Source: Eledone cirrhosa (taxonomy: Eukaryota). From it: DNA of 64,000 bases. Below are positions 43,007 to 60,126 of this stretch, in pieces. Both the position numbers and the translations under genes were made by a program. The notes under the pieces are model-generated. The model had not been told where the DNA came from. It made no database searches and saw nothing but the letters and a program-made list of their open reading frames with translations. Location of the stretch: assembly GCA_964016885.1 (NCBI GenBank), contig OZ024747.1, positions 17,670,001 to 17,734,000 on the forward strand, written 5' to 3'. Positions within the stretch are counted from its first letter, which is position 1. The number at the start of each line of letters is the position of its first letter.

Positions 43007-44084
43007 AATATATACACTGTACTATGTTAGTCTTACAAATTTCGCTTTTGAATTCTGTGAACATTTTCACCCATTTTCTTAGAAATTTTCTTAGAAATGT
43101 TATCGTTTATAAATATTATCATCGTAGTTATTGTTGCTGTTGCTGATGTTATTGTTGATGCTATTGTTTTTGTTTTTATTGTTATTGTTAATCGTCACCG
43201 GCGTGATTAACTACCAGCAAAGGATGTAATAGAAGTTTCTAGAAAACTACGCATGATCACGATAGGTGGTATAAGCATGAAAGAAAAACTGACATTAAAC
43301 CTCTGTGGATGTCTCAGAAGAAACAGAGTAATAAAAAAGGAAAGAAAGAAAGAAAGAAAAAAATGAATGAATGAATGAATGAATGAATGAATGAATGAAT
43401 GAATGAAAGAAATTAAGTAGAAAGAAAGAAAAAATGAATGAGATAAAAAGAAAGAAAGACAGTGGAGGGAAGTGAGAAAAGATATAAATCAAGAGTCTTT
43501 CTTTCCGAAGATTTTAAAATGAAAACATTTCAGACGAATAAGTTGTACTTAAGCAAAATAAAGCTGCATTCAAAATATCCTTTGATGTCATTTCCTATCT
43601 CATACACTGTGTCGGCCTCATTACTCAGAGATAGATCTTTTGATTAATTTTTCAATTTCGCTTTTTCACCAAAGTAGACCGAAGCAAGACGCGTGACTTT
43701 ACTTGACACAGAGATTATTTTTAATTCATGTGGGAAGCAGCTGTCTTTGAAAAAGATGTATCAAGCTTGGCAACTTGAAGAATTTACTTAATAAGTAGAT
43801 CGATGTTGCAGAAGGTGGAAATGAGACAGAGGTGATCTCCTCTGTGATTCAAAGTAGTTCAATTTTCTATATTAAAAAAATATATATATATATATTTATA
43901 TATTTCACTCGTGTAAATCCGATGTTGAATTTATGGTGGATTAATAATATATTCACCTCTTTCCTTGGTAATCTAGGATTTTAAAAATGTTTTAATCAAG
44001 TATTCGTTGTTTTTTTTTTTGTTGATTTTTTGTTTTTTTTTTGCGCTTTTAGTTTCTGCACTGGTGTGCACCATTTATCTATCT

Positions 44085-44217
44085 ATAAGCGGTTCGATAA
44101 AATATGTACCAGACTGAATAGATACGTAGTTAAGTCAATATAATTGACTAAGTCTTTGAAGGTGGTGTCGCAGTATGGTGGCAATTCAATGACTGAAACC
44201 GACAAAAGAATATAAGA

Positions 44218-44220
<3 letters not shown>
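44085..44220 (+). mobile_element. 3' part of another SINE family sharing the TCGATAAAATA.GTACCAG core
   Basis: Core followed by a distinct tail AAGGTGGTG..GCAGTATGG...AATGACTGAAAC..AAAAGAATA. Confidence 0.6.
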
Positions 44221-44304
<84 letters not shown>

Positions 44305-44351
44305 CATATATATTTTTCTGTCTCTCTCTCGACCTATCTGTTTATACATCC

Positions 44352-44416
<65 letters not shown>

Positions 44417-44419
<3 letters not shown>

Positions 44420-45966
44420 CAGGAATACGAAAGGTTCACAGGAGCAAAACTGAACCCGGACAAGTCTGTCGGTTTGCAACTCGATACGTGGAGAGGCAAA
44501 CCGATGCCGTCCGACAGCGTCGTCGGACGCTGGACGGAAGGACCGGTGAAATTGCTCGGGGTCTGGTTCGGTCCAGACCTCCAGGTGGAGAAAAACTGCA
44601 ACGAGGTCAAGGCGAAGGTATTTGCGCTCACCCAGAAGTGGGCAGAGTGCAAACTGTCTTTAAAAGGTCGAGCGGAGGTGGTGAACACTTTCGTAGCGTC
44701 CGTCATCTACTACCGCTTGACTGTCGTGCCTTGTCCCCGTGAATACTTCCCCAAGATAGAACGCATGCTCTTCCAGTTCCTGTGGAAGAAACAGGCTCCA
44801 CTGGTGAGGAGATCCGTCTGCTATCAACACCCTTCCAACGGAGGGCTGGGCATGCCGTGGCTAATGATGCGCAAACATGCGCTGAGGTTACGGCATCTCC
44901 AGGTATTCCTCACCGACCAACCGGTGTGGGCACCGTTTGTGAGACAGGCCTTCCCACAACTTCTCTCGCTGACGGAGCTGCAGTCCTGGGTGAAGCGAAG
45001 ACCGAAGAAGATGGGCACTTGGCACATTGAATGCGCCCAGCCGCTCACAGTCCTCTGTCAAGCGAGCACAGCAATCAGTGGAGACTCCACTTCGACATTC
45101 TATAGAGGGTTAGTACTTTACAAGTGAGACGACGTGCTCGGGGAGTCTCTAGGCGTCGAAGACGACGAGCTCACCAGTCTGTTCGGTAGGACTTTCCGCC
45201 CGGTAACTATGGACAACTTCCAGAGGTTCCTGGCCTGGCAGTGCTACCGAGGAGCTCTACCCATTCGAGATAAGATCTACAGACACAGACGCCCGGCATG
45301 GATCCTTCCAAGAGGACGTGTCCAAGATGCGAGCAAGACATTGAAACCGTCTTGTACGCAATTGTACACTGCCTGGGCGTAACCGACCTGTGGAACTATG
45401 CAGAACAACTGCTGCCGTGTATGGGACAAATCCAGTTGACTGCCGAGTCCATAGTAAGGATCAAACCGCCAGCCTCTTTCAAAAACGAAAGAGAGGCGGT
45501 TTTCCTCTGTACAGTGGCTATGGTGAAAGAGGTTATATGCTGGACGAGATTGAGAGGACTGAGGACAGATGCCTTTCTCTCCGGACAACAATTGATTCCC
45601 TTCTTTAAGTATCACTTTAGAAGGAAAATCAGAGTGGAGAGAGAGGCACTGCACCCCAGTAAATTTACTGAAAGGTGTGTGAATGAAGCGAAAATGGCCC
45701 GAGTGATTGGGCCTTCTCTGTTTATAAGCCTGTAGGTTAAAGAAGAAAGCAAAAGGAATAACGGAGCACTTGCACAACACGCTCCTGAAGCTGAGGGTTG
45801 TTCTATCGACGGGGTATTAAACAACCCATTTGTGGCGCCTCCCCGCTATTGGGGATTTCGATTGTTATAATTGTTTGTTTATATTTTTTACACGACTGTA
45901 TGTAAAATCCCCGACATGTCTTTGTATTGTCCCCTTTTCTTGTGCGCCCTTGTGGCAAATAAAGAA
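44417..45966 (+). mobile_element. 5'-truncated Tx1 retrotransposon (end of RT, zf-RVT, 3' UTR) inserted in (TC)n
   Basis: YERFTGAKLNPDKS...VKLLGVWFG...W....LSLKGRAEVVN...GGLGMP...CPRC...ETVLYAIVHC; stops and frameshifts; (TC)n on both sides. Confidence 0.92.
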
Positions 45967-45994
45967 ATCTATCTATCTCTCCCTCTCTCGCTCG

Positions 45995-46078
<84 letters not shown>

Positions 46079-47155
46079 GGTCGGATAAACAGATAGGTAG
46101 AGAGACAGACAGACAGATAGATAGATTTCACTTCATTTCATCCAAATGCAATATTTATTTTACACGAGATCTTTTGGTATTTTGGATGGTTATATATATA
46201 TATTGAAACAAGCTCATTCTTTTGTTTAAGATTATCGTTTTCATTGGTTGGGTCTTCATATTGTTTTGCCAATAATTGTCGGTTCATTTACTGATTCGTT
46301 GACTGTTCTATTTACTCATTGGTTGGCATCATTATTTTTTATCTGTATATCGATTGTTAAACCTTGTTCTATTTCTGAAGTTGTATATCTGCGTATCATT
46401 TCCAATTAGCCAATCAAGTATTTGTGCTTTTGTCAAATCTATGCCGGGTTTTATAGGGTTCTATATCTTTTAATACTTATTCATTGGTTGCTTCAGTATG
46501 TGTCGTGTGTCGTATTATATCTGCCTATTGATTATGCCATTTATATCCTGTTTTGTTACATTGGTCGTTCTGTGTATTTCTTTTACATGTTTATTATGCT
46601 GTAGCTAATGCTGCTAAAGATGTTTTTAATAAATTCATATTTTTACAGATAAATTTCATTCGCTGTTGTTTATCGATGTATTGTTCTTTAAATTTCATTC
46701 TTCTTTTTCTGAAACTTTGTATCCATGTCATACTCTTATTCTAACATTCTTTATAGGTCAAAGCGACCATTTTAAATATATCACTCTCATGTGTGAATGT
46801 GTGTGTGAGAGAGAGAAGAGAGGTTTATGAATTTCACATATATATATTTAAATTTTTGATTCCCAAAGTACAGTGCAGAAAATATTTTCTGTATTTGAAT
46901 ATTTCTTTCTTTTCTTTTCTTTCTTTTTCTTTACTTCTTTTCTCTCTTTAATTTTGCTTCTTTTTTTCCGCAAAAAGCTTATACAACTTATAACATTATG
47001 ATACAGAAATTAAGCTACCAACCTATATCGGTCATTTATTTATTTTTAAAATACTTCCAATCGTAACCTCCAAATTTTATTAACCTTTACTAAAAGTCAA
47101 ACACATATACATAAATTCACACCACACACAGACACATATACTAACACTTACATCA

Positions 47156-47343
47156 TAATTGTTTCTACTTTAGGCACAAGGCCAACAACATACCCAGTGC
47201 ATTACTGGTACTTTATTTTATCGACCCCGTAAGGATGAAAGGCAAAGTCAACCTCGGCGGGATTTGAACTCAGATCGTAAAGGGACGTAACTATGCTGGA
47301 AAGCATGGCGTCCGACTCTCTACCGATACTTCCAATCCACCGT
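47156..47343 (-). mobile_element. tRNA-derived SINE with TSD CTTACATCATAAT
   Basis: Reverse-complement core; duplicated flank. Confidence 0.9.
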
Positions 47344-47693
47344 CCTTACATCATAATGATGATTTCTCCGACATTACCGTAGCTAGTGTAAAAATACCAC
47401 GCAGTAGGTTTAAACTCATGATTCCGCAATGACATTCTGAACCACTCAGCCATTTGGTGTCCACACTTACATATATACATACTTTCATACGTTCGTTTTT
47501 AACTAGCTTGATAACAACTACCCCTAAACTGCCTCTGGTTCTATTAAACAAAGCCAACCATTTGCAAGGATTCCACTTAAATTAAAACTTTCCAACAGGA
47601 TTTAATATAAGAACCATTTGATAGGTTATGTTTCAAGTACTGTCTTAATATAGAAATAATTAATAATTCCGGTAAACACCTGCGAATGTTTCA

Positions 47694-48324
47694 TTATTTA
47701 ATACAAATACGGCGGTGGTGGATTGGCAGTATCGGTAGAGGATCAGACGCCATGCATTCCAGCATAGTTATATCCCTTTACGATCTGAGTTCAAATCCCG
47801 CTGAGGTTGACTTTGCCTTTCATCCTTACGGAGTCGATAAAATAAAGTACCAGTAATACACTGAGTAATTTGCTTGCCTTGTGCCTAAAGTAGAAACAAT
47901 TATTTAATACAAAGGCGGTGGATTGGCAGTATTGGTAGAGTGTCGGATGCCATGCTTTGGCGCATAGAGTTACGGCCCTTGCCATTCTGAGTTCAAATCC
48001 CGCCGAGGTTAACTTTGCCTTTCATCCTTACGGGGGTCGATAAAATAAAGTACCAGTAATACACTGAGTAATTTGCTGGCCTTGTGCCTAACGTAGAAAC
48101 AATTATTTAATACAAATACGACGGTGGTGGATTGGCAGTATCGGTAGAGGATCGAACGCCATGCATTCCAGCATAGTTACGTCCCTTTACGATCTGAGTT
48201 CAAATCCCGCTGAGGTTGACTTTGCCTTTCATCCTTACGGGGTCGATAAAATAAAGTACCAGTAATACACTGGGTAATTGCTGGCCTTGTGCCTAAAGTA
48301 GAAACAATTATTTAATACAAATAC
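47694..48324 (+). mobile_element. Head-to-tail SINE trimer (subfamily order A-B-A)
   Basis: Three complete copies; ATTATTTAATACAAA at all four junctions. Confidence 0.92.
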
Positions 48325-48683
48325 AGTGTATCTCATTAGATATAGGGTAATAAATTGGTGAACATTGCTTTCTCAGCCTGTTGATATCATATAATCTTCA
48401 CCTCTGTACTATTTTTATATATTTTTCTTGTCAAAAACCCACCATCCTTTGAGTCATATTATCAGCTTCTATGAGTAGCTAACCTCTAACTTCTTTCCTG
48501 GTTATAAGCTAAGTTTTTTTTACTTTCAAACTAGAGCTTCAGTGAGCTAGTACAGCGATACTTATAAGTAACTGTCTCTTTCTTATGATCCGAAAATGCA
48601 CGAATTCACACTCAAACATATACACATATACTCTCACACACAAGTAAACACACATACACGCATTCACACACGCATTCACACAC

Positions 48684-48769
<86 letters not shown>

Positions 48770-49270
48770 GTATGTATGTGTGTATGTATGAGTGTATGTA
48801 TGTAAATGTGTATGCATGTGTGTGTGTAGTGTATGTATATATATGTATATGCATACAGATTTTCATACATGTGTGTAGGTGTGTGCGTGCATAGGTAGAT
48901 GTGTAAAGATGATTCTGTACAATTATATTTTTCTATCTTTATACACGGTAATATTCTTCTTCGTCAGTATGTGTGTGTCTCTCTATTCTCAGTGTGTCAG
49001 CGTAATTTCATGTAAACAGAAAACGCACGAAATACTTTTAAACTAATTTTCTTACGAGATTTTTATCTCTATAGATAATAATCTTTATGTCTGAGAAAGT
49101 TATGCCGTGACTCTTCAAAATTTACGAATAATTTCTACAATCCAGCCTACAGTGTTGCTGTTTACTTTTACTTGTCTGATTTTACTATATTTATACAAGT
49201 GATTTGCATGCTCTAAATATTACAGTAAAAATCGATATTTGATGCTGGTTTTATAGCAATATATATATAT

Positions 49271-49302
<32 letters not shown>

Positions 49303-49446
49303 TAAGTTGTTAAACAATATTCGATGATTATGTCAAAGAATGTGTTTATATTTATATTTTGTCAGGTGAGGACGTACTGTTGTACATCCGAAATATGTAT
49401 AATAAAATGTAATTGATCAAAAGAACATTTATTTTATTAATACTTA

Positions 49447-50324
<878 letters not shown>

Positions 50325-50494
50325 CATATATTTACATATATTTATTTATATACATACACACATACATACATATATACATGCATATATATATATATATATA
50401 TAAATATATAAATATATAAATATATATATATTTTCATATATTTATTTATATATATATGTGTGTATTTAATGCATATATGTATATATATGTGAAC

Positions 50495-50580
<86 letters not shown>

Positions 50581-50787
50581 GAACTTTCTGTTAATGCTTT
50601 CCATTCTTTACTCTTCATACTTTCTTTCTTTCTACTTCATCTTTTATTTCTCATTCTATCTATCTTCTGATGAAGAAAGAATGGTGGGGGAAACAAAGAC
50701 TCTTTACCTACTATGCCAAGCATTAAACTAATATATTTCTTCGTGTACTGTGTGGTTTGTTTTGTTGTTTCCGTTTACCTTTTGTTT

Positions 50788-50841
<54 letters not shown>

Positions 50842-51022
50842 CATATATATATATACTAAGGAAAATTAACAAAAAGGGGACAAAGCAACGAACAAAAACA
50901 AGGCAAAACGAAAAACAATTTCAAAAATTATCTTTTTAAAATTAAAATAAAAACGAAAGACACAGAACTCCAAGATCATCGACTGTTGAGATGGACTTTG
51001 GCAGTTTCGACGCCTACCAACG

Positions 51023-51245
<223 letters not shown>

Positions 51246-52357
51246 TAACAATGCTAACAGATACTGTGTGAGGCGGAGAGAAGTACAAGAATCTAGAATG
51301 GAGGAACAAAAAACATTATTGTAACACAGGAGAGACAAGGATAGTGACATGAAGAGGACAAACAACTCCCTAAACCTCAGCTATCGACATAGACTGAGAC
51401 AGTTTTAACGCCAATCGATAGAACAGCTGGACTATCGTAGTTAAACACTGGTAGTTAAAATAAGATAGTTAAACACTGTGCTGTAATATTTTAAAGGATA
51501 TCGAACGAGACAAAAACACTGTACAGAATGCATACAGGAACGATAAAGTAAACAAAAATGAGAAACAGAACCTATCTGAAATTGCTGGAAACCAATGTAT
51601 AACGAAGAACAGAAAGATCTGTCACGATTAGACGGACAAAAGACAAACAAGAGATACGGCGTGTGGGTGACAGGGAGAAAAAATAACTAGATGCGCTTTC
51701 GGCAAAAAAAGAGTGTTGGCAAGACAGTGACTGCCTACAACTGAACGATTGAAGTCAGCTGTTGAAAAGAAAAGTGTTGATATTTCTGAAAAGCACTTGA
51801 TTTCGTTTTTATTTATTAATTCATTTTAGTATATACATGTGTATGCTGTCAGTTATACAACAGAAACAGAGAAATAAATTACTTGTTCTTAGAACACGGT
51901 AAAATAGCTGTTACCATGAATAAATTGAGACTGCCTGTAACTATAAGCACAAAATTACTCATATCTTGTTTTATATGCGGGTGACATAGCTGAATTATTT
52001 AGTATCTAAATATTTCTAATTTCCTGTGCAATATATATCCATGCTTATATATTTATTTAGGGTGTAAATAGAACAGAAATTTGTTGGATGTGTTTCTCTA
52101 TTTCTATGAAGACATGTATCGTTGAGTGTTTAAGCATGTGGTTTGATCCCACTGCATGGCATCTTGGATAAGTGATTTTACTATATAATCAATTGTAGAT
52201 ACAATTCATTTAACGGGCTTCCCTTCACAAAGTTTCTGTTCACCTAATTTTACCCACAAGGCTGACATGTGATCAAAATACATTCGATGCATAGCGATTT
52301 TGTTTTTATTTCCAAACTAAATGTACCTCTGACTATAATATTCAATCTGTTCACTTT

Positions 52358-52830
52358 TGTGATCTGAGAGCATAGTTCGACTGTTATTTCAAACAGATCA
52401 AGCGACCGTATACGACAATAAAGGTGTGATATGTGGAAAGATTTTAGCAGCTATTTCTAGCATATAGAGCGACCGCATTAATAGTCTCTTTTAGACAGTA
52501 AGAATGTGATCTGAAGGAAGGAAGATTCTATTAGATAGAGTAACCGCATTAAGCCTTTCTTTAGACCAGACATGAGGAATCATTTTGTAGCAGTAGACCA
52601 CGTAAGATATGGTTCATCACATGGTATGCCGGCCGCACTACTAAAAAAGATTCACTTGATTTTTTGGTAGGTATACCATTCAGAAAGCCAGATGGGAAGT
52701 ATGTAGTCCATGTACCGAAAGATTTCTCATGCCTTCTTTAGAGAGTGATAGTAGGGTCTGGGGTAAGAGTTCGGTCGCTATTTCCCGCAGAAGGAGCTAA
52801 CACGTTAAGGTACCTTTGTTGACTCCAAGT
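52358..52830 (-). repeat. Cluster of degenerate GCTAGAAATAGCAG-family copies
   Basis: GTGAT.TG....AGA.TT.G...CTATTTC.AGCA...AGCGACC recurs 3-4 times. Confidence 0.6.
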
Positions 52831-53072
52831 CATCAATTTAATTAGGAGAGGCGATCTTGAGATGTTGTAGTGTTCATGTTCTTCTATCCTTTCTTTTTCG
52901 TTTCAAAGAAAACTAGTGACGATGGTGAATACCTGCTATTTTTTTCTGTAACAACAATGCTTTGAGATACGGAAGATAGAAGTAAATCAACTGAAATAAA
53001 ATATCTTTGAAATAACGTCTACAAAAATAGAGAAAAAAAAATATTTCCTTAGCTCCAAGAAACAAGAGAGAT

Positions 53073-53110
<38 letters not shown>

Positions 53111-53201
53111 AACAATGACAATAACAATAACATCAATAGAAGGAAGTGGTGTTCAGGGAGATAACTTGGAAGTGTAACCAGCTTGACGATAGGATAGAAA
53201 C

Positions 53202-53251
<50 letters not shown>

Positions 53252-53292
53252 AGAAGAAGAAGAAGAAGAAGAAGAAATAAAAAAAGAAAGAC

Positions 53293-53363
<71 letters not shown>

Positions 53364-53778
53364 AAAAGAAGAAGAAAAAAGAGGAGGAGGAGGAGGAGGA
53401 GGAGTAGGAGAATGAGGAGAATGGGGGGAGGAGGAGAACAGGAAGAGGAGTAACAACAAACAAGAAAACATGAAGTTACTGGTGGAATTAGAAGGAAGAA
53501 GCTATTTTGAAATATGAGGAAGAATGTCGAACAAACATAACGCAACTCATAATGAGGTGTGTGCATAGAATAGAGCTACTTGTGTGTAGGATGAGAGAGA
53601 AGGGGGAGATACTTTCTCAGACATGAAAGAGGAATAAGAATAATTATAAGATATGAAAGGCTAGATGAAACGGAATTAGTGGGGAAATCTGTAAGGTCAG
53701 ATATTTTCTGGCAAAGCAACATTTATGTTCGTGTTTGTGTGCATTTTTTGCATATGGTGGTATGGTGGTATGCATGTG

Positions 53779-53919
<141 letters not shown>

Positions 53920-53970
53920 GTGTATATTTATATATATGTATATATATATGTGTATATATATGTGTATATG

Positions 53971-54005
<35 letters not shown>

Positions 54006-54064
54006 GTATATATATATATGTGTATAGATATATATATGTATATATATATGTGTATATGTATATG

Positions 54065-54146
<82 letters not shown>

Positions 54147-54153
54147 CATATAA

Positions 54154-54206
<53 letters not shown>

Positions 54207-54273
54207 AACATATATATATATATGTATGTATTATGCGTGTTGGTATATATATATATATATATATGTGTGTGTA

Positions 54274-54319
<46 letters not shown>

Positions 54320-54537
54320 AGTCGGTTTTTTTTGTTGTTCTGGTCCTAGCGGCTCGGCTTTTCGGTCGCTGGCTTCAATTTGCCAAGCTGTCTAAACGTA
54401 ATGTTATAACTCTAAGGTAAAATTCCTTATTGAGTGCTTTTGGCTGCACTTCCCGACACCATTCGTTAGCTTGCTCGCAACCAGAACTTCGATTATGGTG
54501 TACTACCTTCTTGTATATATATATATATATATATATA

Positions 54538-55456
<919 letters not shown>

Positions 55457-55481
55457 TAAATATATATATGTATATATATAT

Positions 55482-55544
<63 letters not shown>

Positions 55545-55558
55545 GAGAGAGCGAGAGC

Positions 55559-55589
<31 letters not shown>

Positions 55590-55594
55590 AGAGA

Positions 55595-55688
<94 letters not shown>

Positions 55689-56014
55689 CCAACACGTGTA
55701 ATACGTACATATATACATATACACATGTATGAGTGTATATTTAAACTTATATACTTATATATTCATATATCTGTGTGTATGTTTGTGTGTGCGTGTGTGT
55801 GTATGTGTGTATGTGTAAGTGTGTATGTGTGTGCGCGCGTCTGTGTGTGTGTGTGTGTTATGTGTGTGTACAGGGAGAGGATGAATTAACACTGAATATT
55901 AAATAAACGGGGCGTTTTTTTTTCTCGTGTTTTCCTTCTCTAACCGTACGAAAAACTATTCTTTTCAGTGAAATCACCTCTTTGCCAGAGACATCTATCT
56001 GTCTTCACACACGT

Positions 56015-56540
56015 GGATTAACAGTATAGGTAGAGAGTCGGACACCATGCTTTGAAGCATAGAGTTACGTCCCTTTATGATCTGAGTTCAAATCCCGCCG
56101 AGGTTAACTTTGCCGTTCATCCTTACGGAGTCGATACAATGAAGTACCAGTAATAATTTCATTTCATTTCATTTTACGTCCGCTTTTCCCTGCTTGCAAG
56201 GGTGGGACGGGAACTAATGCTGGCTTGATTTCTACAGCTGGATGCCCTTCCTAACACCAACCTCATTTACAGTGAGTGCTGGGTGCTTTTTTGCCGTGGC
56301 ACCTCCACGACCACTTTGCAGTGGAATGATAGGGGCCCCAGTCCCTATCATCTCATTTCTACAGCTGAGTAAACTGGAGCAATGTGAAATAAAGTGTCTT
56401 GCTCAAGGAAACAACACATCACCCGGTCTGAGAATTGAACTCACAACCTTTCGAATGCAAGGCCAATGCTCTAACCACTAAGCCATGTGCCTCCATGTAG
56501 TGGGTAATTGCTGGCCTTGTGCCTAAAATAGAAACAATTA
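56015..56540 (+). mobile_element. Dominant-family SINE interrupted by another SINE
   Basis: Head and core to ~56153; tail resumes at ~56496 (ATGTAGTGGGTAATTGCTGGCC). Confidence 0.85.
56154..56495 (-). mobile_element. Second tRNA-derived SINE family with an (AAATG)n tail
   Basis: Minus strand: A-box TGGCTTAGTGG, B-box GAGTTCAATTC, CCTTGAGCAAGACACTT body, GGTTGGTGTTAGGAAGGGCATCCAGC 3' domain. Confidence 0.85.
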
Positions 56541-56861
56541 TATTTTACTTGCTTGTTGGACCAAGCATGCGTGACGTATCTATTATGATAAAAGTTTACT
56601 CATTTCAAAGCGAGTCAAAGTACTGCGAAGCGGGCCTTATATCCTGTTGTACGTGGATATTAGTGCACATGTATGTATAACTATGTTTTGTATGTATGTT
56701 TGGATGGATGGATGGTAGTTATATATATATATATTTCAGTGCGGTATGTAATGTAGTGATGTAGTCTAGAGTATCCTTACGTCTATATCTCTCTCTCTAA
56801 TTCCTCTTATTAATATAATCTTCTATACACAATCATACACACCCGTGTATATTTATCTATC

Positions 56862-56907
<46 letters not shown>

Positions 56908-56975
56908 TATTGTTAGATAGATAGATATATTATATATATAGATAGATGCGTGTCTGTGTGCGTGTGTTTATATAT

Positions 56976-57013
<38 letters not shown>

Positions 57014-57085
57014 ATATTTATTTATATTTATATATATATATATAGATGCGTATGTGTGTGTGCGTGTGCGTGTTTTTTATATATA

Positions 57086-57173
<88 letters not shown>

Positions 57174-57549
57174 CGTATACCTGTCTTTCTATGTATGCAT
57201 GTTTGTATATTTATGTGAGGCGTGTGTGTACTTATGATATCTTTAAAAAAATATTATTTTCTATATTGCTTCTTCAACGACGCCTGCTTGTCTGGATATT
57301 TTCTCTGTGGTGGGCTGGTGTTTCTCACCATTAAAACGTTATCAAACAAGCAATGAAAGATAGCTAGTCACACGATCTAGTAATGCAGAATTTCTGTTTT
57401 ACAGATATTTTCCCCTGGGACACACATACGAATATCATCGTAACAGATCTACAATAACCTACTGATGGTGAACCCTGTCCCGTATTCCATCGGATCGTAA
57501 GGTCAACTCGGAAATCTTCGTTTTGTTCTTCTTAAACTTGCATATATAC

Positions 57550-57580
<31 letters not shown>

Positions 57581-57674
57581 ATTATATATAAATACATTGA
57601 ATTGGCCGAGTGGTTAGAACACCGGATCGAATAGTTTACAATATTTGTTACAGTTATCAAATCCCATCTCTCTC

Positions 57675-57705
<31 letters not shown>

Positions 57706-59839
57706 CTGTGTGTGTCTGTGTGTGTGTGTGTGTTGACTTTGGTAGGATTTGAACTCAGAAAGTAATGAGTTAGAATATATTCTGCAATAACAATTTATCC
57801 GACGCTCTCCCAATTCTACCAATGCACCACCCTTAAGTACATATATACTTACATGTATGTATATAAATATATATATTTCCCCTCACATTGTTTCATAACC
57901 ACAAATGCATTAATATACACCTCTGTATCAATGCCTCACATTTTTTTTATTATTTAGTATTATTTATCAAACATGATACGATTATACACACGTTCCTTTT
58001 TTTACACATATTGTATGTGAAGACATCTATGCAACCATCTCTTATATATAGATGAAACTCGCATAGTATGTCAAGGGAATGTTTTAAAAACGAGTTATAA
58101 CACGCACGTTATATAACCTGATACCGTTTCAATGATTTGCGATATATAGATATAATACGTATTCTGTGTCAAGATAACGCTCCAACGGATTAAGATATAT
58201 AGATGCCGAACATAATCGAGTGCCCTTAATATTCAGAAAATGACCTTTACTCAACACAATACAACCTGACTCTTTCAAATTGATACATCATCAGGAAACT
58301 ACTGCAGAAAACTGAGAACGCTATGTAACGAAGATTCCATTCAATTCTATAATACGGCATTGCGTTCAAAACTAATTTTGAACAACGTATAAAACATTTG
58401 TTTCCCCTTTTTGCCTCATATTTTCTTTATTTCATTTTCTTTGCTTTTTCTACCTCTCTCTTGTTTTTGTTTCTTAGATACCCCTCTCATTCTTCTCAGT
58501 TTTCTAAAGACGTTTAAATTGATTAAATAAATGAATAAATTAATGAATAATGAACCGCTAACTATTTCTCTCAAAACTAGAAACCCGGATGAAATATACA
58601 AGATGCTACTCAACAGCTACTCAACAATGACATTACGGAAAGCTATATAAAAAGAGGTCAGCTGAGACATGATGATGAGACATGACTTCACAATCGTAAG
58701 ATTCTGGTTTCGATTCGATCTAGATTTAGAAGATTCAGTAAATCTCTTTTACAGTAGTTTTGAGTTGAGCCAAAACTTTTTAAATAAATCGGTTTCCCAG
58801 AAACTCTATGGAAGCTCATCAGGTAAATTATACCTGGATTTAAATGTCCAACTATGTCACATATTGTTGTTGTTACCTGTCGGGAAGCCTGAATCTTTAT
58901 TTCAACAGTCCAGCGTTGTCACACAACATGAAATCCTCCTCGGATGACAAACCTTTCAGATGAATTGAACATGTTATTTAAACAGCCATCTTTGTTACAC
59001 AGTGTCACGTTGATAATTCTCGCCCGAAATATTATTTTAAAGATACAAGTGTATATAGAATACTCAGTCACGTAAACTATCATTATGAGTGAGTAGTTCA
59101 GTTGATTAAAAACTAGAATAATCATCGTCAAAGCATATACGGAGTGGGAAGGAGATTAGATTTTTTTTCTACACAGCGTTCTAAATAATGAACCGTCTTT
59201 TAGAGTTCACTTCTAATAAATCTGTTTGTCTTTTCTTGTTACTGCGGTTTTTTTTTTTTGTGAGTGCTGATGTGGTATTTAGTTGGGTGTGGGACTTCTG
59301 TTATACGTGAGTTTTTGAATTATCAACAGTAAATTCTGTGACACTATATTGAGAATTCCGTGTACTGAGCGCCATTCATGAGATAACTGCAGAATTGAAT
59401 TGATTTTCATTTTGTAATTTGTATAATAATTCTTTGACAACAGGAGTTCTATAATTTACAAGTAAAGGTCGTCCATCTGGTGTCGGTGGTCTTTATGAAA
59501 AGTATCTTCTTTTATAATCTTTCTTCGAAATGTTAAATCAAATACTTTTGCTTTTTTTCACTTATTTTTGTCACTTAAACTGCAAAGAGAAAAGGTGTTA
59601 TAGTGAAGGTCATGGTTCTTCTGTAAGCACGAATTGATGCTGTGTTACTGTCAGGATTATGGTAATTCAAGCCAACAATCTTCAGCTTTATATTCAAATT
59701 TCTATTAAGATCTAGAATGAGATAATATAAATTCCATGCAGATATTTTTAAAACCAAACATGCACCACATACAGTCACATACACACACATATACATCAAA
59801 TATATGCGTGCACATATATATATGTAGGTATATATATAT

Positions 59840-59871
<32 letters not shown>

Positions 59872-60045
59872 CCGTGTGGTGTCGACGAACGTGAGATGGG
59901 GTGCTCAATACCGAAGTAGAGTATATATATTCTATATTATGGCTCGCTCTAACATGAAGTTTGTTTCACTGTCTGTACTCTCGGGGTCAACTTTAATTAT
60001 CATGTTAGGCGAAACTCCAGATTAATAAGACTCAATACTTAGCCA

Positions 60046-60118
<73 letters not shown>

Positions 60119-60126
60119 ATATATGG

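Noticed and set aside
58262-58825. Minus-strand CTGATGA...GAAA matches near 58290 and 58820 (also 28706 and 50667)
   Set aside because: Stems I-III cannot be formed convincingly
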